Assembly: GCA_038150265.1 (NCBI GenBank)
Contig: JAYOTF010000018.1
Coordinates: 2,458 to 66,457 of the forward strand
Source: Deltaproteobacteria bacterium
Lineage (GTDB): Bacteria; SAR324; NAC60-12
DNA: 64,000 nucleotides
Direction of reading: 5' to 3'
Numbering within the stretch: the stretch's first letter is position 1; each line of letters starts with the position of its first letter. Below, one piece after another: positions 30,738-40,856 of the stretch. The position numbers and the translations under genes are program-made. Under the pieces are notes generated by a model. That model did no database searches. It was not told where the DNA came from and saw nothing but the letters and a program-made list of their open reading frames with translations.

Positions 30738-31328
30738 TCAGTCGAGGCTGTTCAGCTCCGCCCGGGTCTTGATGACACGGTCGAGCAGACCAAAGTCCAG
30801 CGCCTCAGTGGCGGTAAACCAGTTGTCGCGGTCAATGGCCTTCTTGATTTCATCATAGTCGCGACCCGTGTGTTCCGAGTAGATATTGATGATGTGGTCG
30901 CGCATCTTCAGGATCTCGCGGGCCTGGATCTCACAATCGGTGGCCCGCCCCTGGTAGCCCATGAGCAGCGGCTGGTGGATCATGATCTTGGCCTGCGGCA
31001 TGGCAAACCGCCGTCCGGGATCAGCGGCCAGGCTCAGCAGCGACCCCATGCTGGCAGCAAATCCGGTCACAATCGTGGTGACCGGGCAGGAGATGAAACG
31101 CAGGGTGTCAAAAATGGCAAAACCGGAGTAGATCTCGCCTCCGGGAGAGTTGATGAACATCGTGACTCCCGCGTCCGGGTCTTCTTGCTCCAACACCACC
31201 AGCTGGTTCAGCACCTTGGCCGCCAGCTCCGAATTCACCTGCTGTGAGACCACAATGGTCCGTGATTTCAGCAGTTTGGCAGCAAGCCCGGCACTTTCTG
31301 GAGACTCTTCTTTTTTCTCCTCACTCAT
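30738..31328 (-). CDS. clpP: ATP-dependent Clp protease proteolytic subunit
   Basis: INSPGG, AASMG, MIHQP, DRDNW. Confidence 0.95.
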   Translation of the reverse strand: MSEEKKEESPESAGLAAKLLKSRTIVVSQQVNSELAAKVLNQLVVLEQEDPDAGVTMFINSPGGEIYSGFAIFDTLRFISCPVTTIVTGFAASMGSLLSLAADPGRRFAMPQAKIMIHQPLLMGYQGRATDCEIQAREILKMRDHIINIYSEHTGRDYDEIKKAIDRDNWFTATEALDFGLLDRVIKTRAELNSLD

Positions 31329-31470
31329 GGTCACTTCTCTCTTTCGCAAAATGGGGGGAAGGATATCAGTTTTGGTTCAACTTAGGGGACGGTTTTTGGG
31401 AAAGCAAGATTTTTTGTCAACCTCACGACGCTCCCGACCGTCCGGACAGAAGGAATCAGCGGGTTCGGCA

Positions 31471-32631
31471 TCAGGACAGAAGCGTCCGCTCGACCAGCCA
31501 CCAGGCGCCCACGACGGACACGGCAAGCGAGCCCGGAATGATCACCCGTGGACGGTACCAGGCCTTGCCTCGGCCCCAGGCGCCGACCAGCGCAAAGGCC
31601 AGGGCAATGACGGTCAGTTGCCCAAGCTCCACGCCCAGGTTGAAGGCAAGGAGCCCTTCCAGGTAGGCATCGCGAGGGAGCCCGATCTCGAAGAGGACGC
31701 TCGCAAAGCCCAGGCCGTGGAGCAGGCCAAACACGAACACCACCAGCGGCCGCCACTTCTGCAGGTGGTCGGTCAGCAGGTTCTCGACACCAACGTACAC
31801 AATGGATGCGGCAATGAGGGGCTCCACAATGCTGGAAGGCAGCTGCACCAGCCCGTAAATGCTCAGACCCAGTGTAATGGAGTGCGCCACGGTGAAGGCG
31901 GTCACCTGACTCAGCAGGGGCTTCCAGTGGGTGCTGAGCAAAAAGATGCCCACCACAAAGAGGATGTGGTCCAGCCCCTCCGGAAGAATGTGCTCAAACC
32001 CGATCTTGACGTACTCCCAGAAGCGCTCGGCCCGGCTCCGGGGGTCCACGCCTTCCAGCGCCACCCGTTCGCTGGGAGTGCCCTCTTGCAGCCACGCCGA
32101 GTAGCCCTCTCCGGCTCCGGAAACAGGAAGCACCCGGATCACGCTGGACCCGAACGCCGCCTCCCACTGCCACACAAAATCGGTTGCTCCGGAGGGGACG
32201 GTTCCCGTCAGCACCACCTCGGTGATGCGGGCAATGGCGAGGTCTCCCACCTCCGGAATCCGCACCTCGGCGACTTCCGGAGCCCCGGGCGTTTCTCCAA
32301 ATTGCAGCGACACGCCTTCCAGAAAGCGGGGGGTAAAGGCATCAAACTCGCCCCGGAGTGCATCCGGAGGCAGTTCCCGGAGCTGGTTGTACTGGTTCGC
32401 GTTGGGAGAGTCGTCGGTGTCTTCATGACTGGAGCCGATGCCTGAAAGTAGGGCTTCCAGATTGAGGCTGATCGTGATGGAGTATTCTCCTGTGGGCTGC
32501 ACCTGCAGGGTCGCAATGGCCGGGCGGATCTCGTGTCCCCAACTGACCTGACTTCCCAGGAGGAAGAGGACCAGCAGCCAGCCTCCCTTGCCAACACACC
32601 GGCCCCAGGCCGTACGGAAAAGAGTCTTCAT
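31471..32631 (-). CDS. HupE/UreJ family protein with N-terminal periplasmic domain
   Basis: Signal peptide then WGHE; GFEHILPEGLDHILF, FTVAHSITL, FGLLHGLGFA, FNLGVELGQ; start uncertain. Confidence 0.88.
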   Translation of the reverse strand: MKTLFRTAWGRCVGKGGWLLVLFLLGSQVSWGHEIRPAIATLQVQPTGEYSITISLNLEALLSGIGSSHEDTDDSPNANQYNQLRELPPDALRGEFDAFTPRFLEGVSLQFGETPGAPEVAEVRIPEVGDLAIARITEVVLTGTVPSGATDFVWQWEAAFGSSVIRVLPVSGAGEGYSAWLQEGTPSERVALEGVDPRSRAERFWEYVKIGFEHILPEGLDHILFVVGIFLLSTHWKPLLSQVTAFTVAHSITLGLSIYGLVQLPSSIVEPLIAASIVYVGVENLLTDHLQKWRPLVVFVFGLLHGLGFASVLFEIGLPRDAYLEGLLAFNLGVELGQLTVIALAFALVGAWGRGKAWYRPRVIIPGSLAVSVVGAWWLVERTLLS

Positions 32632-33424
32632 GAAAACAATCATTGGGTTGCTCCTTCTGGGAGGGGTTCTGTTCCCGGCACTTGCCTCGGTGGGACACGC
32701 TCATGAATTCTGGATTGAGCCCGAGTCGTTCTCTCCTCAGGTGGGGGAACCGCTCAGGGTTCGCCTGTATGTGGGACAGCACCTGCGGGGCAATCAGCAG
32801 CCTTACATCACCTCGTGGTTTGAGGCCTTTGCGCTTCATGATGCCCAGGGCACCCAACCCGTCACCGGGATGATGGGCGACATTCCAGCCTTCTCCATGA
32901 AACCTCGTGTTTCAGGATTGCAGATCATTCACTATTGGTCCACTCCGGATCGCCTCAAGTATGCCTCGGAGGAGCAATTTGCTCGCTTCATCGACTACGA
33001 AGGCCTCACCGGCCTCAAGGCCCGGCATGAAGCCCGTGGGCTCCCGCTGGTCGGTTTTGAGGAGGATTACGTCCGTTGCGCCAAGGCCCTGGTGCCGGTC
33101 GAGACCCCAGAGGGCGCGGACCGCCTGATTGGCCTGCCCATTGAGCTGCTTGCTGAAAAAAACCCGTACACGCTGGAAGCCGACCGCCTTCCGGTCCGCC
33201 TCTTCTGGGAAGGAAAGCCGCTGGCAGATACACAGATCCGGGTCTTTCAGAAGACCAGCGAGGTTGAGGAACGGACCCTCCGGACCGATGCTTCAGGGCG
33301 CGCCGAGATCGACCTCTCCGGCGGAGGATTCTTCCTGCTCAGCGCCGTCCACCTCATTGAGCTGGATGGCAGCAACGATGCGGTCTGGAAGAGCTTTTGG
33401 GCCTCCCTGACCTTTCAGCGCTGA
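32630..33424 (+). CDS. DUF4198 domain periplasmic protein
   Basis: Signal peptide then AHEFWIEP; RCAKAL; RTDASG; WASLTF. Confidence 0.85.
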   Translation: MKTIIGLLLLGGVLFPALASVGHAHEFWIEPESFSPQVGEPLRVRLYVGQHLRGNQQPYITSWFEAFALHDAQGTQPVTGMMGDIPAFSMKPRVSGLQIIHYWSTPDRLKYASEEQFARFIDYEGLTGLKARHEARGLPLVGFEEDYVRCAKALVPVETPEGADRLIGLPIELLAEKNPYTLEADRLPVRLFWEGKPLADTQIRVFQKTSEVEERTLRTDASGRAEIDLSGGGFFLLSAVHLIELDGSNDAVWKSFWASLTFQR

Positions 33425-33441
33425 TCTCCGAGGCCCGGCTT

Positions 33442-34317
33442 TCAGTTGATCGGGTTTCCGGACTGTTCCAGGTCCATCCGGCTGATCTCATAGCGGGTCT
33501 TGCAGTACTCACAGGTCACCTCCAGGTGGTCCTCTCCGGGCTCAAACAGGCTCTTGTGCTCTCCTGCATAAACGAGGTGGATGTTCCGGATCATCTGGTC
33601 CCTGGAACACGGACACGCAAAGGTGACGGTCCGCTCCGCCAGCAGTCGGAAGCCCAGCGGCTGCAGGGCGGTGGCCAGGGCCTGGGACCCCGTGAGCGCT
33701 TGGGCAAACACGTCCTCAATGCCCTTGGCGAGCTCCTGCCGACGCTGTTCCAGCGCTTCGGGCGAGTACTCATACTCATCCGGGTCATTGGGCAGGGGCG
33801 GCAGCTGGTGCAGCATCACGCTCTGGTCACTGTGGGGGGACACCGTGACCACGCTGTTGACCTGATACGACTCTCGCAGCACCTGGTTGATCACCTCTCG
33901 CAGCGGCAGCTCCCGGGCTTCCAGAATCGACTGATACGGCTTCCGGTTGTCATTGAACAGCTTCTGCACCCGGACGGTTCCCGTCAGGTGCTCCGGAAAT
34001 TCGTGGAAGTCCTCCGGTAGCAGCATGCAGCGCGACGACCCCTGGTGCCCCGTCTCCAGCTTCAGGCGAAAGTAGGGCGCCTCGCTATCCAGGTAGAAGC
34101 CCAGCTGTTCGCGCCCCTTCAGCAGGGCAATCATCGGCTGCACGCTCAGAACCACTTCCCGGAAGTACGCAAAACCGGCACCTTGCACGGGGTGAATCAG
34201 GGCCAGGTCCCGGATGAGCCGCTGCCCCTCCAGGAAGTACAGGGCAAAGATCCGGGCTTCATCAATAAAGGTCAGGAGGCGGCTTTCCGCCAGTTCTTCG
34301 GTTTCAGGGGTCAGCAT
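33442..34317 (-). CDS. hslO: Hsp33 family redox-regulated chaperone
   Basis: C-terminal CPC...CEYC zinc centre; 291 aa. Confidence 0.85.
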   Translation of the reverse strand: MLTPETEELAESRLLTFIDEARIFALYFLEGQRLIRDLALIHPVQGAGFAYFREVVLSVQPMIALLKGREQLGFYLDSEAPYFRLKLETGHQGSSRCMLLPEDFHEFPEHLTGTVRVQKLFNDNRKPYQSILEARELPLREVINQVLRESYQVNSVVTVSPHSDQSVMLHQLPPLPNDPDEYEYSPEALEQRRQELAKGIEDVFAQALTGSQALATALQPLGFRLLAERTVTFACPCSRDQMIRNIHLVYAGEHKSLFEPGEDHLEVTCEYCKTRYEISRMDLEQSGNPIN

Positions 34318-34597
34318 CTTCCCAGGAGTGGTGTCAGGGTTGGCAGGAATCGGTTAACTGATCAGGATACGGTCATTCCGTGCCTTTGTGAAGTCCAGAC
34401 TTTGCTTCGGGTTCGGGGCCACTGGAGGAGGCCGGTTTCCTTCCAAAAAGGAGTGGCGTCTTTGAGGCTGATGGTTTGAAATGTGGCTCACTCTCTCCGG
34501 ATGCCGTGAGGCCCTCGTTTTGCCTCGCCTTGTGTGCCTCCCTTCTTTTCCTCAGAGCCCTCCCTTGATGCAGGGGATGCTCCGCCGAGTTCCTGTC

Positions 34598-35206
34598 ATG
34601 CCAGTCAACATTCGCCACCTCCAGTCTCAGCTGCTCTCGGACAACTGGTCCATCCTCAAGAAGAACACCTTTGAGCTGCAGCTTCCAGACGGCTCCTGGC
34701 AGCTCATGGAGCGAGAGACGCATGACCACGGGAACGGCAGCACGGTTCTGCTGTACAACCGGACCCGGAGCACCATCTTGCTCACCCGGCAGTTCCGCCT
34801 TCCCACCTTTGTGAACGGCAACCCCGACGGCCTGATGCTGGAAGCTCCCGGCGGCCTGATTGAGGGAGACCCGGAGGAGACGATCAAGCGGGAGGTCGAG
34901 GAAGAAACGGGGTACCGGGTGCCGGAGGTGGAAAAGATTTTTGAGGCCTACATGTCGCCTGGCACCATCACCGAGCTCGTCCACTTCTACCTGGCCGAGT
35001 ACACGGATGCCATGAAGGTCCACGCCGGGGGAGGGCTGAAGGAAGAACAGGAGTTCATTGAGATCGTGGAGGTCGGCTTTGACGAAGCCTTTGACCTCGT
35101 TGCCTCCGGACGCATCAAGGATGGCAAGACGATCCTCTTGCTCCAGCATGCCAAGCTTGCAGGGCGGTTTGACCACTCTGCGCCCTCCAGCGCGTCCGGC
35201 GCCTGA
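34598..35206 (+). CDS. nudK: NUDIX hydrolase, GDP-mannose pyrophosphatase NudK-like
   Basis: LLSDNW, RQFRLP, Nudix box GLIE...REVEEETG, MSPG, IKDGKTI. Confidence 0.85.
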   Translation: MPVNIRHLQSQLLSDNWSILKKNTFELQLPDGSWQLMERETHDHGNGSTVLLYNRTRSTILLTRQFRLPTFVNGNPDGLMLEAPGGLIEGDPEETIKREVEEETGYRVPEVEKIFEAYMSPGTITELVHFYLAEYTDAMKVHAGGGLKEEQEFIEIVEVGFDEAFDLVASGRIKDGKTILLLQHAKLAGRFDHSAPSSASGA

Positions 35207-35350
35207 GAAGGGGCTTGCCTCGTGATGAGCGGAACCCACTCATTCCTCAAAACGACAGGCAATCCAGAGGAGGACCGGTTCTGACCGAAGAAAGCAGATG
35301 CAGAAAAGAGGGGGATTTGAACGAAGGGGGCGTGCAGAGGATGCAGCAGC

Positions 35351-35426
35351 TGGCTCCCCGAGCCGGACTCGAACCAGCGACCCGGTGATTAACAGTCACC
35401 TGCTCTACCAACTGAGCTATCGGGGA
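35351..35426 (-). tRNA. tRNA-Asn(GTT)
   Basis: TCCCCGATAGCTCAGTTGGTAGAGCAGGTGACTGTTAATCACCGGGTCGCTGGTTCGAGTCCGGCTCGGGGAGCCA: cloverleaf with encoded CCA. Confidence 0.98.
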
Positions 35427-35446
35427 GTGAGCTAATGCAAACCGCT

Positions 35447-35475
35447 AATATATTCGGCTCCGGTTCCGGATGCAA
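35447..35475 (-). promoter_or_regulatory. Sigma70-type promoter of tRNA-Asn
   Basis: TTGCAT-N17-TATATT on the minus strand, about 20 nt upstream of the tRNA. Confidence 0.6.
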
Positions 35476-35696
35476 GCAAATTTTTTCAATCTCCCCTGAC
35501 TTCGCCTTCCCTGCTGCGGGAGGATTCCGCAGCAGGCCGAGTCTGCCAGAGGGGCTTCTCATGGAAGAAGTGCTTTCTGATTGACTTTTGAACGGATTTT
35601 GCGAAAATTCGCACGCTCTGAACCGTCCGGGGGGAAGCCCGGGCCAGGCACAAGGGGGATCATTCCTTATTCATACACCCAGTCAGGAGAGAACTC

Positions 35697-37022
35697 ATGG
35701 CAGACAAGAACCTCACCCGCAGAAATCTGATCAAGGCAGGCTCCGCTGCCACCGTCGCTGCGGGGTTCCCGACCATCCTCACGGCCGCCAGTCATTCCTT
35801 CCGGAACGACCCGGGAAGCAAGCCCAATGTGGTGTTTGGCTTCAACGTTCCCCAGAGTGGCCCTTATGCCGACGAGGGTGCGGATGAGCTGCGCGCCTAC
35901 CAGTTGGCGGTCAAGCACATCAACGGCGAAGGAGACGGTGGTCTGTTGAACACCATGAAGCCGCTCTCCCTGAAGGGGAATGGCGTTCTGGGCAAGAAGG
36001 TCACCTTCGTGACCGGCGACACGCAGACCAAGTCGGATGCGGCTCGCGCGTCGGCACGGAAGATGATCGAGTCCGATGGCGCCATCATGATCACCGGCGG
36101 ATCCTCCTCTGGCGTCGCCGTCGCGGTGCAGGGCCTCTGCAACGAGAACAAGGTGATCTTCATGGCAGGCCTCACGCACTCCAATGACACCACCGGGAAG
36201 GACAAGAAGCGCTACGGCTTCCGGCACTTCTTCAACGCCTACCAGTCGGGGGTGGCGCTGGGTCCGGTGCTGAAGAAGGAGTATGGCACGCAGCGACGGG
36301 CCTACCACCTCACCGCCGACTACACCTGGGGCTGGACCCAGGAAGAGTCCATCAAGAACACCACCGAGGCGCTGGGCTGGGAGACCGTCCAGACCGTCCG
36401 GACTCCGGTGGGGGCAGGGGACTTCTCTCAGTACATCACACCGGTCCTCAACTCCGGAGCGGATGTCCTGATCCTCAACCACTACGGGAAGGACATGGTC
36501 AACTCCCTGAGCCAGGCCATTTCGTTTGGACTCCGGGACAAGCAGGTGAACGGCAAGAACTTTGAAATCATCGTTCCGCTGTTCTCCCGCCTCATGGCTC
36601 AAGGGGCAGGGGCAAACATCAAGGGCATCCTCGGTTCCACCAACTGGAACTGGAAGCTCACCGATGCAGCGTCTCAGGCCTTTGTGAAGTCCTTTGGTCA
36701 AGAGTATGGCTTCCCGCCCTCCATGGCAGCCCACACCTGCTACTGCCAGGCCATCCTCTATGCCAACGCCTGTGAGATGGCGGGCACCTTCAATCCGAAG
36801 GGCGTGATCCCGGCGCTGGAAGACTTCGAGTTTGAAGGCATGGGGAACGGCAAGACCCTCTACCGCGGCTCCGACCACCAGTGCATGAAGAGCGCGTTGG
36901 TGGTGCGTGGAAACATGAACCCCACCAGCCAGTTCGATCTGCTGGAGGTGGTGGAGGTTGTGGATCGGGACACGTTGACCTACGATCCGGCCATCTTCGG
37001 AGGAAACCTCGGCCCCATCTGA
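35697..37022 (+). CDS. Tat-exported branched-chain-type (HAAT) ABC substrate-binding protein
   Basis: LTRRNLIK twin-Arg signal; GFNVPQSGPYADEG, GGSSSGVA, ADYTWG. Confidence 0.92.
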   Translation: MADKNLTRRNLIKAGSAATVAAGFPTILTAASHSFRNDPGSKPNVVFGFNVPQSGPYADEGADELRAYQLAVKHINGEGDGGLLNTMKPLSLKGNGVLGKKVTFVTGDTQTKSDAARASARKMIESDGAIMITGGSSSGVAVAVQGLCNENKVIFMAGLTHSNDTTGKDKKRYGFRHFFNAYQSGVALGPVLKKEYGTQRRAYHLTADYTWGWTQEESIKNTTEALGWETVQTVRTPVGAGDFSQYITPVLNSGADVLILNHYGKDMVNSLSQAISFGLRDKQVNGKNFEIIVPLFSRLMAQGAGANIKGILGSTNWNWKLTDAASQAFVKSFGQEYGFPPSMAAHTCYCQAILYANACEMAGTFNPKGVIPALEDFEFEGMGNGKTLYRGSDHQCMKSALVVRGNMNPTSQFDLLEVVEVVDRDTLTYDPAIFGGNLGPI

Positions 37023-37047
37023 GGCTGACCCTTCCTCTCTAAAGCCC

Positions 37048-37072
37048 AGGCCGCTTCTTCTTGAGGCGGCCT
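37048..37072 (+). other. Stem-loop after the SBP gene (mRNA stabiliser or attenuator)
   Basis: AGGCCGCTTC-TTCTT-GAGGCGGCCT. Confidence 0.5.
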
Positions 37073-37117
37073 CCTTCGGCTGGGCCGATTCCCCCCGACT
37101 CTCTCCCACAAGCTCAC

Positions 37118-38137
37118 ATGGAAGCCATTCTGCTGCAGATCCTCAATGGTCTGGACAAGGGCGGCGCCTACGCACTGATTGCGTTGGGCCTCACGCTCGT
37201 GTTCGGGACCCTTGGGGTGGTCAACTTTGCCCATGGCGCTTTGTTCATGTTGGGAGCCTTCTGTGCCGTCAGTGTCCAGAAGCTGCTCACCCTCTCCATG
37301 AAAATCAAGGACGAAAGCGTCACCTTCTTCGAGGCCTTCAAGGAGGTCCCCTACCTGGAAGTCTGGTTTGGAGAAACCGGGAAGGTCATCATTGACCTCG
37401 CGGTACCCATCTCCCTCCTGGTTTCCATCCCCATCATGCTTCTCATCGGACTCGCCATGGAGCGGGGTCTGGTTCGTTTCTTCTACAAGCGCACGCATGC
37501 TGAGCAGATCCTGGTGACCTTCGGCCTTGCCATTGTGGTGCAGGAAGTCGTCAAGTCGCTCTATGGCGCCAATCCGATTCCCACGCCGGCCCCCGCAGTG
37601 GTGCAGGGCAGCGCCGACGTCGGCGCCTGGATGGGGATTGCGGAAAACGTGGTGGTCTATCCCTGGTGGCGTCTGGTCTACCTGCTCTTTGCGCTCCTGG
37701 TCGTCTGGGCCGTGTTTGCCTTCCTGAATTACACCACCTACGGAATGGTGGTCCGGGCCGGCATGCAGGACCGGGAAACCGTGGGGCTGCTGGGCATCAA
37801 CATTGAGCGACGCTTCACCATTGTCTTTGGGCTGGCTTCGATTGTGGCCGGGCTGGCCGGGGTGATGTATGTGCCCATCCTCCCCCCTGACTACCACATG
37901 GGGATGGACTTCCTGGTCCTCTCCTTCGTGGTCGTCGTGGTTGGAGGCATGGGGTCTCTGGAAGGCGCCGTGGCCGCTGGATTCCTTCTCGGCATCCTCC
38001 AGTCGTTTGCTTCCATGAACGAGATCAAGAGCATCATCCCCGGCATTGACCAGATCATCATCTACCTCGTGGCGGTGATCATTCTCTTGGTTCGTCCTCG
38101 CGGATTGCTGGGACGCAAAGGCGTGATGGAGGGGTAA
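37118..38137 (+). CDS. Branched-chain amino acid-type ABC permease (LivH-like)
   Basis: [13 protein letters not shown]...[20 protein letters not shown]. Confidence 0.92.
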   Translation: MEAILLQILNGLDKGGAYALIALGLTLVFGTLGVVNFAHGALFMLGAFCAVSVQKLLTLSMKIKDESVTFFEAFKEVPYLEVWFGETGKVIIDLAVPISLLVSIPIMLLIGLAMERGLVRFFYKRTHAEQILVTFGLAIVVQEVVKSLYGANPIPTPAPAVVQGSADVGAWMGIAENVVVYPWWRLVYLLFALLVVWAVFAFLNYTTYGMVVRAGMQDRETVGLLGINIERRFTIVFGLASIVAGLAGVMYVPILPPDYHMGMDFLVLSFVVVVVGGMGSLEGAVAAGFLLGILQSFASMNEIKSIIPGIDQIIIYLVAVIILLVRPRGLLGRKGVMEG

Positions 38138-38138
38138 G

Positions 38139-39293
38139 ATGAAAAATCAAAGTGAACTCAAACTGATGGCCATCTTTTCGGTGGTCATCCTGACCATGCC
38201 CCTCTGGCTGACGCCCTTTGGCGCCTCCTACCCGGCCCTGCTCCAGAAGTTTGCCATCTACGGCCTCTTTGCCGTGGGCTTCAATCTGCTGTTCGGCCTC
38301 ACGGGTTACCTGTCGTTTGGGCACGCCGCTTTCCTGGGGGTGGGGTCGTATGCGGCCGTCTGGTCCTTCAAGCTGCTCACCATGAACGTCCTCCCGGCCG
38401 TTCTGTTTGCCATGATCCTCTCAGGCGCCTTTGCCGCCCTGATCGGGTACGTCAGCCTGCGTCGAACCGGGATCTACTTCTCGATCCTGACCCTCGCCTT
38501 TGCGCAGATGTCCTACAACCTCGCTTACTCCGTGCTGACGCCCATCACCAACGGAGAAACCGGACTGCAGCTCACCCTGGAGGATCCCCGGATCCTTGAC
38601 GGGGCAACCGAGGTCGCCGGCTTGCCCTCCACCACCCTGTTTGGTGTGGAGATGAACGGCATGGGCGGGTTCTACTTCTGTGCCGTCATGCTGATCATCG
38701 GCTTCTACGTGGCCCTGCGGTTGACGAACTCGCCGTTCGGGCTGGCGCTCAAGGCCATCAAGTCGAACCAGGTCCGCATGAGCTACACCGGGTTCAACAC
38801 CCGGCCGTACATGCTGACGGTTTTTGTGATCTCCGGCATCTATGCGGGACTCGCCGGAAGCCTCCTGGCTGTCACCGACCCCCTCGCCGGGGCCGAGCGC
38901 ATGCAGTGGACCGCCTCGGGAGAAGTCGTGCTGATGACCATCCTCGGTGGCGTGGGCACCCTCTTTGGGCCGCTGCTGGGCGCCGGGTTGATCAAGTACT
39001 TCGAGAACATCTTCTCGGCCATCAACGAAAACGACCTGCTCAACACGTTCGACTTCCTGCCCGACTTCCTCGCCCACCCGATTGCCGGGTTCCTGGGCCT
39101 GTTCATGGGAGAGGGCTGGCACCTGACCCTCGGGGCGCTGTTCATGGCCATCGTCATCTTCCTCCCCGGAGGACTGATGGAGGGCATTGAGAAGCTCTCG
39201 AAACGGATTCGCCGCTCTGCTGTGGGCGACTACCCCTATTCACCGGACCTGATCCGCAAGAAAGCCGAGGAGGAGGCTGCCCGCCATGAGTGA
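38139..39293 (+). CDS. Branched-chain amino acid-type ABC permease (LivM-like)
   Basis: [33 protein letters not shown]. Confidence 0.92.
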   Translation: MKNQSELKLMAIFSVVILTMPLWLTPFGASYPALLQKFAIYGLFAVGFNLLFGLTGYLSFGHAAFLGVGSYAAVWSFKLLTMNVLPAVLFAMILSGAFAALIGYVSLRRTGIYFSILTLAFAQMSYNLAYSVLTPITNGETGLQLTLEDPRILDGATEVAGLPSTTLFGVEMNGMGGFYFCAVMLIIGFYVALRLTNSPFGLALKAIKSNQVRMSYTGFNTRPYMLTVFVISGIYAGLAGSLLAVTDPLAGAERMQWTASGEVVLMTILGGVGTLFGPLLGAGLIKYFENIFSAINENDLLNTFDFLPDFLAHPIAGFLGLFMGEGWHLTLGALFMAIVIFLPGGLMEGIEKLSKRIRRSAVGDYPYSPDLIRKKAEEEAARHE

Positions 39294-40056
39294 TTCCAAC
39301 AACTACGTCCTCGACGTCAACGGCGTCAACAAGAGCTTTGGCGGACTCCAGGCCCTCAACAACGTCATCCTCCAGGTCCAGCGGGGCACCACCCACGCCA
39401 TCATTGGCCCAAACGGTGCCGGAAAGTCCACCCTCCTCAACGTCTGCATCGGGCGCATTGTGCCCGATACCGGATACGTCAAGCTGAACGGCGCGACGAT
39501 GACCGGCCTGCAGCCCCATGAGATCAACCAGGCCGGCATGGTCCGGGTCTTCCAGACTCCCGAGATCTTCCCCGACCTCTCGATCCTGCAGAATGTGATG
39601 ATTGCCGCCTTCGCCAAGCGCGACGGGCACTTCACCTTCAACGGCTTCACCCGCCTCCATGAAGAAGCTCAGCTCCAGCAGGAATGTGAGGCCGTGCTGG
39701 AGGACCTGAACCTCGAAAGCCTCATGCACGAGGAAGCCGGAAGCCTCTCCCGAGGAGACAAGCGGCGCATGGAAATCGCCATGTCCCTCATTCAGCGTCC
39801 GGAACTGCTCCTCCTCGATGAGCCCACTGCCGGGATGTCGCGCATGGACACCAACCGGACGGTTGAAACGCTCCAGCGCATCAAGGCCCGAGGCATGACC
39901 AAGGTCATCATTGAACACGACATGCACGTCGTGTTTTCCCTCGCCGACAAGATCACCGTCCTGGCGCAGGGGACTGTTATTGCCGAAGGAACCCCGGACC
40001 AGATCCGCGGGAATCCGAAAGTTCAGGAAGCTTACCTTGGAGGAGAACACGAATGA
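39286..40056 (+). CDS. ABC ATP-binding protein (LivG-like)
   Basis: [27 protein letters not shown]. Confidence 0.93.
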   Translation: MSDSNNYVLDVNGVNKSFGGLQALNNVILQVQRGTTHAIIGPNGAGKSTLLNVCIGRIVPDTGYVKLNGATMTGLQPHEINQAGMVRVFQTPEIFPDLSILQNVMIAAFAKRDGHFTFNGFTRLHEEAQLQQECEAVLEDLNLESLMHEEAGSLSRGDKRRMEIAMSLIQRPELLLLDEPTAGMSRMDTNRTVETLQRIKARGMTKVIIEHDMHVVFSLADKITVLAQGTVIAEGTPDQIRGNPKVQEAYLGGEHE

Positions 40057-40814
40057 GCGACACCACCCTCTCCCCTGCGGATCAGGCCGCAGAAGAACGA
40101 CGCCACCAGTATGCGTTCTTTTCTTGCTGGGACGTCCATGCCTACTACGGCGAGAGCTACATCGTCCAGGGTGTGGGATTCGACATCCGGGAAGGCGAGG
40201 TCCTGGCCCTGCTGGGCCGGAACGGAGCCGGGAAGACGTCCACGCTCCGGACCATTGCCCGCATGGCCGACCCGCAGCTCAAGCATGGCGAGATCTGGCT
40301 CGACCACCAGCCCCTCCATGAGATGCAGTCCTACCAGGCCTCCCAGCTCGGGGTCGCTCTGGTTCCGGAAGACCGGCGGATCATTGCCGGCCTCACCGTT
40401 GAGGAAAACCTCAAGCTGGCCCAGATTGAGCCGCCTCACGGCTGGAGCCTCGAGCGCATCTACGAGTCGTTTCCCCGGCTGGCCGAGCGTCGCAAGCAAG
40501 AGGCCGTCACCATGTCCGGAGGCGAGCAGCAGATGCTGGCGGTCGCCCGGGCGCTGGCGCGTGACATCAAGCTCCTCATGCTGGATGAGCCTTACGAGGG
40601 CCTCGCTCCCGTGATCCGGGAGGAGATCGCCCGCATCGTCTCCGACATCCGGGACCTGGGCATCACCACCATCATCGTGGAACAAGACGCCATGGCCGTC
40701 CTCAAGTTCTCCGACCGGGCCATCATCATGGACATGGGCGAGGTCGTCTTCAACGGCACCGCCTCAGAGGTCCGGGACAACAAGGAACTGCGCGAGCAGT
40801 ACCTCGCCGTCTGA
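40053..40814 (+). CDS. ABC ATP-binding protein (LivF-like)
   Basis: GRNGAGKT, MSGGEQQML, LDEPYEGLAP. Confidence 0.93.
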   Translation: MSDTTLSPADQAAEERRHQYAFFSCWDVHAYYGESYIVQGVGFDIREGEVLALLGRNGAGKTSTLRTIARMADPQLKHGEIWLDHQPLHEMQSYQASQLGVALVPEDRRIIAGLTVEENLKLAQIEPPHGWSLERIYESFPRLAERRKQEAVTMSGGEQQMLAVARALARDIKLLMLDEPYEGLAPVIREEIARIVSDIRDLGITTIIVEQDAMAVLKFSDRAIIMDMGEVVFNGTASEVRDNKELREQYLAV

Positions 40815-40856
40815 CCCCACCGAGGCTCTGTTCCAGACAGGGCCTCTCCTTTCACG

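Noticed and set aside
35206-35426. tRNA-Asn as an integration site for a genomic island
   Set aside because: No integrase and no duplicated tRNA 3' end seen in the window.
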